64,000 bases of DNA. Source: Pelomyxa schiedti (lineage: Eukaryota > Protista > Evosea). Positions 25,683 to 37,939 of the stretch are shown in pieces (positions within the stretch are counted from its first letter, which is position 1; each line of letters opens with the position of its first letter). The stretch covers positions 62,001-126,000 of the forward strand of contig JAHLWZ010000291.1 in the NCBI GenBank assembly GCA_020536535.1. The letters run 5' to 3'. The notes below the pieces were generated by a model. It saw only the letters and a program-made list of their open reading frames with translations. It searched no databases and was not told where the DNA came from. Position numbers and translations under genes: made by a program.

Positions 25683-25915
25683 GTGTCGATTTTGGAACGA
25701 ATGAGGGGTTGATCAACAAAACAAGTGGATTCGGCCCACCAGTTGAAAGCAGATTATTCGTGCAGCAACAAAAGCACTCGCCTCGAGCACCACCGGTGCC
25801 CGCAGGGCAGGTTTTCGGTTGTTGATTTTCCCTTCAAACGGTTTGAAAGGTGTTTTCAACTCACTGTCAATTCAGGGAAGATCTGTGGCCTTCAAAAAGA
25901 AAAAACTCAAGCAAG

Positions 25916-27231
25916 ATGGCAGCAACGGCGCCGCCAGTGATTGTTACTGCGAGTACAACGACCCCGAGCAGTGGGCCTGTTTTGGGCGACATCGTCATAG
26001 GTTTAAGCAAGCCGTGAGTCTCCAGTTTAATCTCTTTCCTTTCTCTAAAGCGAAATAACCAAGGTTCTACGTTGCCGGCGAAAGAATCGACGGGACAGCG
26101 TAGGTTTTTTTGTTTTGTTGTTTCTAGCTTTTTACGGTTTTCCCTTTGTGAAGATACCTCGACCTCAAATCCACTGCACCACACGCAACACTGAAAGTGA
26201 GGTGGACCGGATATGAGCGCACATTATTCCATAACCTTTATGTGGAGGAGTCTTCTCCTATGCACAAAGTTAAGACTGACCATAAGATGTTCAAGCACGA
26301 AGATACTATTTTTCATTCGCCCACACCTGTCACACCCGGCAAGTACGGTTTTTTTCTCTTACTGTGATTCCGCTAGTTATCCGTAACAACACTTCCAAAA
26401 CAAAGGTGGTCATGGCCAATTTCTTTTCAGTTACCAGCAGACACTCCAGGCATCTTTTACGAGGAAAGACACGCCACCGGGTCCAAAGTTAAAGCTGCAA
26501 TTCTGTACAAGGTAAAGGTGTTCCTGGACGTTCCAGGAAAAGACTTGAAGAAAACGGAAAAGATTTGCGTTGCTCCTGCTCTGTGTAAGGCACCAAAGGT
26601 AATTCCGTTCCAGTAGAAACTACATGTGAACCCCTCCTAACAGCCCCTGCACGACTCAAAAAGCAAAAGTTTCTTACTGCACTCGGGAAAGCTTCATATG
26701 GATTACTGGTTGGATAAGAATGTTTTCTTGCCTGGTGAAACTATCCCAGTGCGTGTAAAGGTTGAGAACCACAGCACCAAAAAAGTGGACCACATCAAGG
26801 TGATATCGACGTTTAGTCTATTATCTGTTTACCTTCTTAGATTAAACTTATGCGAGCAATCAAACTCAAAGCTGATACACCCAAGGGGGTTATTGGACCT
26901 CCTCAACTCGAAGCTAAGTACTTGGATGAAGTTCAGAGACAAGTATATGATGGCGTTCATGCTAAGAGTGATGTGGATACCACATTCAACTTCACTCTGA
27001 AGCCCGATTTGTACCCAACGTACCGCTCGATCAACTCACCCCCCGCTTCTCACACATTCACCAACCAGGTGTGACGGGAAGTACTGCGACTGTGACTACC
27101 ACCTAGATATAGAGTGTGATATTCCGCTATGCCCGGACTTAGAACACCACGTTCCCGTGATTCTGGCCCTTATGCCAACTGCATCCTCTCCAATCGGGAT
27201 GTTTGCGGCTCACACATCGCACTCTTGGTGA
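25916..27231 (+). CDS. arrestin-domain (alpha-arrestin-like) protein
   Basis: YVAGERIDG, VRWTGYERT, WPISFQLPADTPGIF, ILYKVKV, LDKNVFLPGETIPVRVKVENHSTKKV, CDYHLDIEC. Confidence 0.9.
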
Positions 27232-27458
27232 CGAGGCAAAATACTCGGAACGGTTCGGGTTGTGAGACTGCATCTGTGATTTCAAAGTCATTACCGGAAC
27301 TTCCGTTTTGTCAAAATTATCGTGCTATATTTAGCCGGTGGTTCTCCTGAAAGAAAAATTTGTGAGACGCCAACGAACACACAAAAAACAAACAAAAAAA
27401 AAACAACGCGGTTCTAACCCACACAACCCGATCTACGCACCGCCACAATACGACGACG

Positions 27459-30400
27459 ATGGACGATGCGTTTGAAGCCGCAGATTGGGTTGTGGACGGG
27501 GCCAGAGAAGCGATCGCGACGCGTTTCGAGCCGCTGTTTATGTCGTCTATAAAATCGGCGTTGGCGCGGAAGGCGGTGAGGGATGTGAATAAGTCCGTCG
27601 ACGACGAGGAAAAGAGGAGACGGAGAGAGAAGGCGCACAAACCGACGCTTGCCAAAGCTGCGGTGTGATCTGTTCTTCTTGTATCTTCTCTTACTCACTC
27701 CAACCATTAGAAGAAAACATCAAAAGGTTGTATGTCAGTTTTAGCTTCCATCCCTAATACCAGTTGTAGAAGTTGCTCTTGTTGTGCACGACTTTGCCAT
27801 CTTGGACAAGGATATTGAACCTTATGTAGTGTACATAATAGCTTCCACCCTGGGAGATGACCTGTCGGTTACCTACAAGCGATATGACGAATTCAAAGCA
27901 CTTCACAAAATGGTATGTTTGCTTCGAAATTTCCTCTTAGGCGCACTGTAGTTCCCCGGAACGTCAGCTGAGCTTCCTCAACAATCTTCTGGGTTCTTTG
28001 GACTCCGTCCAAAGCGAACCGAGGCTGAATATGCCCAAACTAGAAAAACCAAACTGCAACAATTTTTATGGACCACAATGGCTTACCATAATGTCCGCAC
28101 CTCCCCAAATTTTCACTCTTGGCTCGGTTTTGGTAGGTTTATATGTATTTCCTTCTTGATTACAAACTGTCTTTGTTACAGGTGGATATCGCAACAAAGA
28201 GGAGGAAATTGCCTTCCGAGAAGCTTTTTCTCTTTTCACACAAGAAAAAAAAAGGATTTATTCAGAAGATCCCAGAGAAATGCTTCTCATGGTTGACCCT
28301 TTAAGTTAGCATCACTGCCAATAACATTCTTAAGGCTGTTGTGGAAGAACTTTCTGCTTCCCATGCAACAGAATTCAAAGTCAATGATAAAAAGAATAAA
28401 AGGGAGGTTGAATCGGTCAAAAAAAAATACCAAACTGTTGTTACAGTGGCCTCCAGTGAGGTTGAACAATGTTGGGAGAGTATGTTCTAAAACCAGTTGT
28501 TCTTTCAAAAGATTAACAACGATCAGGAGTGATGACCTTCTTGGGTACACTTGACAAAGCTGCTCCAACTGCAGATAGTGTTAATTCTGAAACTAGGACA
28601 CTTCTTGTACCTGTTAAGAAAGCTTTGACCTCTCGTATATTTTTCATGCGTTTTAAGTCAAGTTAATCCTTTTGCAGGGCTTGAAGATACATGCCACAAA
28701 CTCGAGTCCATTGTTGTTGCATTGACAGCTGCTATTACCCCCGTTATACTTGAAATAGCAAAAGGATTTCATGAGGAAAAAAATAAGCTGATTGAGGAAA
28801 TGGACACCCTAATAGGAAAGGAATCGGAGATTTCTGCTACTGTAACACGTGAAGTTCAACTTAATGAATGGGTGGGAAAAGTTCAGAAGTTTGCAGTGAA
28901 CATGAAGGGAAGCTTAAAGACCAAGGTATCTTAGTTCGTCTTTTCGACAAAGGTAAACTGACAAACACTAACTTCCCCAAAGGTTGAATTCGGTTCCTCG
29001 GGATATGTTTCCACCACATTGGCCAAAGTGAAGGTACATTATGCAATTTGGTTTTTTCTTTATGATCAACCCGTGTAGTCTTTCCCTGAGTATCTTGCTC
29101 CTCTTGAGTCAATCGTACATTATATACCGACACTTTTCACACACTTTTTTGATGCAATTAACATGCGTACTGTCTTCCGTGTTGTATGTTTCCAGTTATG
29201 TTTCATGTCTTACGCTTTCAACAGATTTTGGCACTGCTCCGCACCAAAGAGAATATCTTATACTGGTTTTTTGAAGCAAAACCATCCAGAACACTTGAAG
29301 AGCTGCTTCAAGAAGAAGAAGAAAAATTCTCTACAAGGTTGTGGCGATGCAAGCGCGATTTACGGTAAATATGTGTTGCAATCGGGTAATGAACTAAAAA
29401 ACAGCAAGATTCGAAGCATGGAAAATAATTTATCGTCTTCGCACACAACTAGAGTCTAAACGAGGAACAGAGGAGTTCTACCCTCAAAGTGTTGGTTAGT
29501 GTTTCCTTTCTAAGTCTTAGCTTATTGTCTCCCACAGCACTGTCGACATTTCAAGGGTTACTGGAAGACTTTGTCAAAATCATGAAGCATTCTTTTAAAA
29601 AGTGGTTCATTTTTGTAATCAATGGAGTCAAGAAGCAAAGTAACAAGATCTCCGACTTGGAACAAAATAAGAAGAGAGTAGTTATTCGTGCCTTGGTGAA
29701 AGAAGGAATGTTTATTGGGCTAAACAACTTCAAAAAACATTTCCAACAGGTTTCCTTTTCTTTCATCAGATTTCGTCACTCAACACTCTTAGTTCATTGT
29801 TACTGATGTAGGAAAACTTTTTGTTACCCCTGTTGCTCACAGGATGTCTATTCTTGTCACACCTTCCCTATCTAAAGTTCTCAATTCTCTGCACATCGCC
29901 TCACCGTTGTTGGAGAAAGACTTCATTGTTCAACTTTCTGTGGAGGAACTGCTTACTGATACTGTGAACTATCCTTTACGCCGTTGGCTTCCTGGCCTAT
30001 TGGAGGATTGGGGAAACATTTCTTACGGTACTCCCCTCCCGCCTCTACCCCTAGTGCCTTCTTATTTACTCAATTCTTTATCCAGATAAGTCAACAGCTA
30101 TTGCCAAACCACCCAAAGCGGGCAAATCTGGGAAAAAATCAAGGAGCCCCAGTAGAAGCAGCAGGACAGGAAGTTCTCGCAGCCGGAGCCGTAGTACCCG
30201 CAGTGGGAGTGGCAGCCGAAGCCGGAGCCGTTACACTGGATCTGGTCGAAGCAGATCACGCTCAAGCTACTCTGGTTCGAGGTCGCGGTCACGGTCAGGA
30301 TCCCGATCAAGGTCCAGGACTGGCTCAGGCTCCAGGACTGGCTCAGGCTCCAGGACTGGCTCGCGATCTAGATCAAGATCGAGATCACGGTCAGTAACAC

Positions 30401-31385
30401 CAAGTGGGTCAAGGTCAAGATCGAGAAGCGGCTCAAGGTCACGCACAGGTTCCGGATCTAGAACTGGTTCTGGCTCCAGATCGAGATCAAGGTCTGTATC
30501 CAGGTCACGATCGAGAACAGGCTCTGGTTCAAGGTCAAGGCCAAGGTCCAGATCAGGATCCAGGTCGCGATCAAGATCGAGGACAGGCTCAGGATCACGC
30601 TCCAGATCACGTTCACGCTCAGGTTCTGGTTCTGTCTCGGGGTCAGGCAAATCTCGTTCCCGTTCACGAACTGGTTCCGGCTCACGCTCACGCTCACGCT
30701 CACGCTCAAGGTCAAAGTCAGGCTCAAGGACAGCATCTGGGTCGAAGTCAAAGAGCGGCTCTGGCTCAAAGTCAAAGAGCGGCTCTGGCTCAAAGTCAAA
30801 GAGCGGCTCTGGCTCCAAGTCCATATCTGGTTCTGGTTCAAAGTCGAAGTCAGGTTCCGTATCTGGGTCGAAAAGATCGCGGTCGAGAAGCAGCTCCCGC
30901 TCTTCCACAAAGTAAGCACCCACGATCGAACACCACGCCTCTAACTCCTGTACAGGTCAAACCTAGCCCCAGAACAAATGCCAATTCTTGATAAAAAGGG
31001 CGCAACCAGCACACCCGCCACTGCCACTGCCGCCGTCACTACGGCAACTCCTGCCAAGGCCACCGCCACCGTAGCTGTCACTGGCACTCCTTCATCCCAA
31101 GTCAAGGCTGCTGTCGCTCCAAAATCCCCATCAAAGGCCAAGTCAGGCTCCGGTTCGAAGTCGGGCTCTGGCTCCCGCTCCGGCTCCGGTTCCAAGTCGG
31201 GCTCTGGGTCCCGCTCAAAGAGTGGTTCTGGCTCAGTCTCTGGCTCCCGCTCACGCTCAAGATCCAAGTCGGGGTCTGGGTCCCGATCAAAGAGTGGCTC
31301 TGGCTCCAAGAGTGGTTCTGGTTCTGTGTCAGGCTCACGTTCACGTTCACGGTCGAGGTCTGGGTCCTCCTCCAGGTCACATTGA
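27459..31385 (+). CDS. Niban/FAM129-like protein with a PX domain and a very long RS/GS tail
   Basis: PX: YVVYII..TYKRYDEFKALHK..LP..RKTKLQQFL..FHSWL. It is followed by AFREAFSLFTQEKK..MLLMAVVEEL (Niban post-PH helices), long helical exons and then SR/SG dipeptide repeats to the stop at 31385. Confidence 0.75.
30140..31380 (+). repeat. coding low-complexity tandem repeats (Ser-Arg, Ser-Gly, Ser-Lys; e.g. ggctcaggctccaggact and ggctctggctcaaagtcaaagagc units)
   Basis: Two blocks, ~30140-30910 and ~31130-31380, directly visible. Confidence 0.9.
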
Positions 31386-31461
31386 CCACCCACCACAAAT
31401 GTTCCACCCACTACTTGTACATGAGTCTTAAGTAAAAAAGAACAACTTTTCGTCTTTACTT

Positions 31462-33598
31462 TTAGAAGAAGCCTTCAAAAAACATGTTGGCGGCAAGCTC
31501 GGGATTCCCTCCGCATTGGTCTAAGAGAACTTGTGCTTGCTGCGGTGTAGCGCCTAAGCTGACTAGTTGCTGGATGGCTTCCGCTCCTTTGCGGGTGTCA
31601 GTTATGGAATGATTTAGTAACTGTAATATGTACCACTCGAGGTTAAAGTGGCAGTGGTTTGGACGGGTACGAGGGCCGGTGTAGGAACTGGAGCTGGTTT
31701 AACGGGTTCACTTGCTGTGGATTGATTCGGTGTAATTGTTGCTTTGGGAACAATAGTAGGGGTGCTAGTAGGCTTGGTGTTCCTCTTTTGTCAAATTAGC
31801 TTGGTCTCTTGGGACTTTGGGGAACAAACTACAGGAATATCTTTCTCAGACAAAAACGGGATCTCCTCGTCCGAGATGTGGAGAACATTCTTTTTCAAAT
31901 CAACCATGCACTTCGAGGGTGAGTACTAAAGTCCGAAACATTGTATAGAAAAGGAGTTACCTGGTGTCGTTTCAGCATGTCTAGGCCTAGAATGAACTCT
32001 CTACAACTGAATACAGAGGTGCTGGAAGAATCTCCCTGTGCAGGTGTCGGGGCACCTTCCTGTGTGCGAGAGCTCCCAACAATGGAGAAGCTACATTGAT
32101 AGAATGACTTTCCAATCTTCATGACCACTACATGCACACGACCGAGTACAGGTGCAGTACCAACACCATAGGCAATTCCAGAAAAACTTCTATCACAGAG
32201 ATGCATTATCCTGTGTCTAGTGAGGGAGGCAGGAAGCAATGAGCGCACACCCGCAGGCTTCTGCACACTAAGGGGTGGTTAAAATGTGGTCAGACCTTAC
32301 CCACTCCCATTTTAGGAGAAAAAATAATGTTTTCAAACCTCTTCCGACATGATGGAACTTTGAGCACCAGTATCTAAAAAATAATCAGTTACTTTGGACA
32401 CACTTTGAGATATACCAATGAATGCTTTCAATGGGACGTTGTTGATAGAAACGTCACAGTACAACATAACTACACGTGCAAATGCCTCTGGGTTATGCTC
32501 GAGGGCGGCTTCTCGGTTTTGCTCCACATTTTCCTGTTGAATGGATTCCGCTAGTTCCCGTTGGGCACCAGCATCGAAGGGATCGTCTTGCAGGCGTTTC
32601 TGCCAAAGATTGTGATTTCAGGAGTAAAGGAAGAAAAGGGAAAAACAATTAGACGAGCTTTCTTGAGCTGTTGATCAACTTTGGCTCTTTTCCGCTGCGC
32701 TTGTTGAGCTTTTAACAGAGAAGATAACGCCTCTAAGTCATCCCCCAAAACTGCTTCCGCAAGTACAGGATTCGCCTGGAGTTGTAAATTAAATCATAGC
32801 TTCTCACACTGCATTAGACTTCACAGCGAAAATAAGAAGCTACTGTACATGGAGGAGTTCCTGAAGCAACTCTGGTGAAGATCGAACATATTCCTGAGCA
32901 TGATAAAAATGAAGAAACGAGGATTGAGAGAACTACTTGAAAAGTTTTTGGGTCGATGTAGTCATCATCGGGTGCCTCCATTTGTACCTTGCGATTTATA
33001 AAAAGCGTTTCATAGGTAAAGGAATTTACAGTTTGAAGTGCATTTGCTAAGTGTTGCTGTAAGTCTTGGGGTTGCAGTGGTCTGCGGTGTGGTCTTTGTT
33101 GGGACTGCTGTGCCTAATTTTTGGTTTTTTTTATCACCAATGTTAAGGGAAAATCGTAAGGATTAGTACAACATATCGTAGTGCAGCAGCAATTTGCTGT
33201 TGTAAATCAACTGTACCAGTCGTGCGTCGCTGTTGCATTTGCTGCTGCAGCTGTTGTTGTATTTGTTGCAGCCATGGTAGATTATTTAGAGTTTGCATAT
33301 ACGGGGTCGGCGGTACAGAGCCAGTGTCTGGTTGGACTTCCATTCGTTGCGTTGTAAGCTTCACTGTGAAACAGACTGCAGAATCGCTCGATCTCGCGAA
33401 CGACGAGAAAGTGTTCATTGTTGCTCTGTCGTCGGATAGTACGTGCTGGCTTGGTCCCAGACAAACGGACAAGGTTTGTGACTCGATCGGGATCGCCGTA
33501 GCCGACTCAACAAGTGCCTTTACTTCCTCCACCGTATTGTCGAGATCCACCTCGAACACGAACTCTCCCTTTCCCTCTACAGACACCACTACCTTCAT
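31462..33598 (-). CDS. DDI1: DNA damage-inducible protein 1 (UBL-HDD-retroviral protease-UBA)
   Basis: UBL MKVVVSVEG..TVEEVKALV; ALEHNPEAFARVVMLY..LKAFI-DTGAQSSIMS; DRSFSGIAYGVG..LGRVH; ILGLDMLKRHQ; UBA AIQQLVSLG..GGNPELAANMFF. Confidence 0.95.
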
Positions 33599-33734
33599 CT
33601 TCCTGTTCTTGTTGTGGTGTTTTGCACCGGTGCACTGAGATGCCACAATTTGGCAGCACTTGCCTGCAGCCCAAGGTGTCTATCACCCACCGATTTTTTT
33701 TTTATCCCAATCCAGATCTTGCTCAGAGTAGTAA

Positions 33735-35315
33735 ATGTCACAGTCGCAGCCCGGAGGAGCACCTGTTGTTCCAAGTGCGACAGCGACTACACCATCTTCT
33801 CAGTCCGGTGCTATTAACACTGCTGTAGTTGTTGGCGCGCAGCGGAGTGTGTTCGACGTAGACTCTGGACAAGAGTCTGTTGTTATGGATCAAAAACCTA
33901 CCATGGGAGGCCAATCGATGGTCGCTGCACAACCTGGGTCCCCGCAGCCTGCCATATTGCACTTGAAGCAACAAACTGTACCCACGCAGTATGTGCCACA
34001 ACAATCGGCGAGAATGATGTACCAACCTGTGGGCCCAATGCAACCGCAGCCACTGAAACTCCAAACTCAGGCGCCTTACTATCAGTACGGGGCACTGCCG
34101 GCCTCACAACCCACTCCGGCGCCACCTCCACCGTCACAGCAACAACAGCCTATGATAGTCCAAGGGTATAATGGGTTGCCACACTACCCACACTATGCCT
34201 CCGTACATACTCTCATGCCTCACTCTGCAACACCAAGTCAACCAATCACAGGTCACATGCCTGGTGTAGCTGTTACAAGCTTCCCTGGAACTGTCTCCAC
34301 CTCTACCACTTCTACTACTCGGTCTTCCAAGCGTGCCGAAGATACGGACGAGGATTATAAAGATGAAGGTGTTCCAAGTTCGTCGTCTTCCTCAGAGGAT
34401 GACGATGAGGAAAGTGAAGAAGAGATAGAGGAGATTCCTGACGATGATGAAACAAGCACGAGGAAGAGGTCCAATAAACCTAAAGCAGCTTCGACAAAAA
34501 CCAAGAGGAGAAGGACATCTGCTCCAAGTGAGACGAGCGCATTCCGCTCCCAAACACTTACGTCTGTACAGGTCAATCTGTGGCACACGGCACAGAGTCA
34601 GTTGGCTACAGTTTCCCGACTTCCAGTGATACAACCACAACCACTAGAAAAGGGAGACCTCCAAAGAAAGGGAAAGATGAAGGCCGTGGAGTTGGAAGAC
34701 CACCAGGTGGCGCAAAAGCAAGCGGAGGTGACTTGCAAGCAAGCAGTGCGTTCACGTAAAAACTCTTGCTCTTTCCATCTTCTCACAACAAGATGCAGTT
34801 CCTGCCATAATGTTCGGCTTTGGGTATATTTTCGTTCCTCATAAAAAAAGATAACTGCGAATCAGAGATGTAGAATCACCCCTTCCTGAAACTGTAGATC
34901 TTATTAAATCGATTGCCAAGGAGTATATTGTTGGGATGGTGTGTTGCAACTATTTGACAGACTTTTGATTGACGTATTTTTCCAGACAGGTCTGGCACTT
35001 AGCAACACCAAGAAACCAAAGTTACGTCCGGAGGATATATTTTTTTTGATAAGACACGATAAGTATGTAACTATTCTCCCTGCAAAACTCACTCCACAAG
35101 GAAAAAGCTTGACCGAGCACGGCACCTGAACACCACACGGAAGAGTAAACGGCATGAACTTCAGCAATCAAAGGGGGATGTCCTGAGCCTCAGTCGCCAA
35201 ATGCATAAGAACCTACCTCAAGAATTCCGGCTTCTCGACGACGATGTGTGTACAACATTCATATGGAAGTATGGCCCACTGATTTTACTAGGAACTTGAG
35301 GGCAGTCTACCATAG
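33735..35315 (+). CDS. TAF13/Spt3-family histone-fold protein with long Gln/Pro-rich and acidic N-terminal extension
   Basis: IMFGFG-DVESPLPETVDLIKSIAKEYI..KLRPEDIFFLIRHDK-KLDRARHL. The 3' end is approximate. Confidence 0.85.
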
Positions 35316-35420
35316 CCACCCAATTTTGTCTCAAACCTGTAATGAAATACAGTCACTTTTGTTGTCCTTCTTTTTCGACACCAAACAAAACAAACCGCTA
35401 CACTATTTCAAGTATTGGCA

Positions 35421-37400
35421 ATGGATCCGGCAGAACACGACGATGCCCAGCCACAGCAACAACAAGACACACCGGAAGACACACAACAAGCAGACGACAA
35501 CCACGCCGTGCAGGGCACAGCCGACGATGATGTAGTCCAAGGCGTCGAAGGCGAGGCCGAGGAGGGGGGGGGCCAACAAGAGCACCAAGGCGACCACGAG
35601 ACGGAGCCGGCGCACCAAGTTGGCGTAGAGGTAGAAAGCGAGGAGGAGGTCGACGACGACGACGGCATGGGGCTGGACCCGGAGCTGTTGATGGCGCTGC
35701 TCGAGAGCACGATGTACCACGGGGACCAGTCCTCGCCCTCGGCAAAAAGTATTTGTTGTTGGTGCTTTGTAGTTTTGGTGGCGTTTGTGGTTGATTGCTT
35801 ACTGTATTGGTAGAAGGTTCTGTGACATTTGACATGTCACTCCCGGCAACTCATTCATATTTGGGCACAGTTGAGCCAAGTTAAGGAGAAAACTATTTCT
35901 TTATGTCTCCAATCCAACTTGAATTCAAGTTACTGGAGCATTCTGCCAAGAACTGTGCCATGGACTAGATGTAGTGCTTCCAATCTTCTTCTTCAATGAT
36001 GTTGTGCTGTTTCCTGGCCAGACTCTTCCTCTGCGGTTATTTGACAAAGAGAAAGTTGACCGGATGTTGAAGATTGCTACTGAAGGAGTAACAAAGATGT
36101 TCGGAGTAGTGTATCTTATAGAAACGTGCGTTACTTCTTTATTTTATGCTCTATTGACCTTTTTTGTATTAGTGACGATGGAAAGAAATCTCTATCCCGC
36201 GTGGGCACTTTGGCACAGGTACTGTCCCTGAGGTCTGAAGGTGGACAATTGGTTTTGCTGGCAGAAGTACTTCACCAACATCCAAACAACAATGTGCTTA
36301 ATGTGCTGAACAGGGAAAAAGACGCTTCCAAATTCAGAAGTATTGGGTGGACTCCTCAGACTGGTTTGCCCAGGTAGGCACGCACCTTACTGTTGTTTCC
36401 TTACATTTCGCAATGACAGAACCTCAGGGGTTCATCCTTGGAGAATGTTTTTCACAGATTCCGGCACAATGTCTGCACCCATACGCAAACATTTTAAGTA
36501 TAGCATCAGTTACCGATAATTTTCACTAATCTTCTGTAAGGAAATCCAAAAAAAAGAACTCCCACCTACACTTCTTGGCCAAGCTGGATTTACCATAAGA
36601 TCGATCCAGGTTTTCACACCCGCATTAACCAATTAGTGATTTACTTCCCTCCCTATAGTGTCTCTAATGGAACAGGCCAAAAAATGCTTAGCAACTGTAA
36701 TCCAAGTTGAGCCCCCTAAACTATGTTCTGCACTTGAGTTTTCATTTTGGTTGGCTTGGAATCTTCCTGTCTCCAACGAAACACGGCAGGTACGACAATA
36801 CGAGGCCACAAAACTTAGTAACTCTCAACTCAGGAACTTCTAGAAGCTGGATCTGTTGGGGAGAGAATCCAACTAGAATTGAATGTACTGGATACAGCCG
36901 ATACCTGGCTTTGCTGCCACAATTGCCGCCAGAAGATCGCACAGAAACAAGTACCGTCCCAGCTCGCAATTACTTTCTCTAAATAAAAAAGCACATATTT
37001 AGTATGTCTAAAACGGGTTGTATTGGAACATATGTCAATCCATATGGAGTCCTTCATGACACTGTGACATTAAGTCAAGCCCAAGGGATACTATTGTGGG
37101 GACCTTTCTCGGAACAGGAAAGCTGGTTTCCTGGGTTAGCTCCAACTTACCAAAACACACAACTGTTTCTATTTACCAATTATTATCAGGTACGCATGGA
37201 GAATTGCTTATTGCATTACTTGCCACACGCACCTTGGTTGGATATACCGAGCCGTTGCTGGTCAACACCTGTCACCAGAAATATTTTGGGGTGTTAGGCG
37301 CTCATCTGTTGTTTCACAGACTGTATTTGAGAAGAAGAAACCAAAGCACAAAGCGTTACTGCAGCCTCCCCTTCCAACATTTGATAAAAGGAAACCCTGA
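35421..37400 (+). CDS. CRBN: cereblon (Lon N-terminal + CULT domain)
   Basis: [80 protein letters not shown], FWGV. Confidence 0.95.
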
Positions 37401-37438
37401 CCATTGGCCTAAGGCTGCAAAAAAGTAGAATTCATTCG

Positions 37439-37507
37439 AAAAAAAGAAGATCCAGACTACGCCTTGGCCTGCCGAACCAAGGCCCTACTACTGCGCCACC
37501 GTCGGCA
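37439..37507 (-). ncRNA. candidate short Pol III RNA
   Basis: A-box-like TGGCGCAGTAG, 7-bp hairpin GCCTTGG/CCAAGGC, T7 run at 37439-37445. Confidence 0.3.
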
Positions 37508-37622
37508 ATACGAAGAAAAAATTCGTTTTTAAAAATAAACTACGCCCTGCTCCTGGTTCCTATTTGTGTGCCTTTTTTTTGGCTACAACAAAGTCACTGG
37601 CCCTCAGTGATCCCTTACCCTT

Positions 37623-37705
37623 GGGCGTGCCCACTTGGCCTAGCGGTAGTGTGACGGAACTTTATGCGGGCGACCTCGGTTCGAAGCCGAGAGTGGGCAT
37701 TGCTC
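37623..37705 (+). ncRNA. tRNA-like element (pseudo-tRNA or tRNA-mimic Pol III RNA)
   Basis: 71-nt core at 37629-37699: acceptor stem GCCCACT/AGTGGGC + A, A box TGGCCTAGCGG, T arm CTCGG-TTCGAAG-CCGAG. The anticodon arm does not pair in canonical register. T6 lies ~33 nt downstream. Confidence 0.65.
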
Positions 37706-37939
37706 TCCTTCCCCCTTCCCTCCCCCCCCCCATTTTTTGTTTTTTGTGCTATGTGGGGTGCTGTTGTGTGGTGGGGTAAAGAGTGTGTTTCTTCCCCACA
37801 AAAAAAAGGTCTTAGTCACTACCACCACTGACCATTTACAAATAAAAAATAAAAAACATTCATTTTGATTTTGTAAATTGTTAGTTCCACATAATAAGGA
37901 CTGCACACGCAAGAGTCCCAATTGGCCTTATTAGTCACT

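Noticed and set aside
30267-31411. Minus-strand D/L/E/P/R-repeat ORFs and plus-strand Q/G/D/H-repeat ORFs
   Set aside because: Shadow frames of the RS/GS repeat. Only the Ser-Arg frame connects through splice sites to the upstream exons.
37629-37699. Ochre-suppressor (TTA) or selenocysteine tRNA
   Set aside because: No paired anticodon stem around TTA, no TCA anticodon or long variable arm, and TAA, TAG and TGA all act as normal stops in this window.
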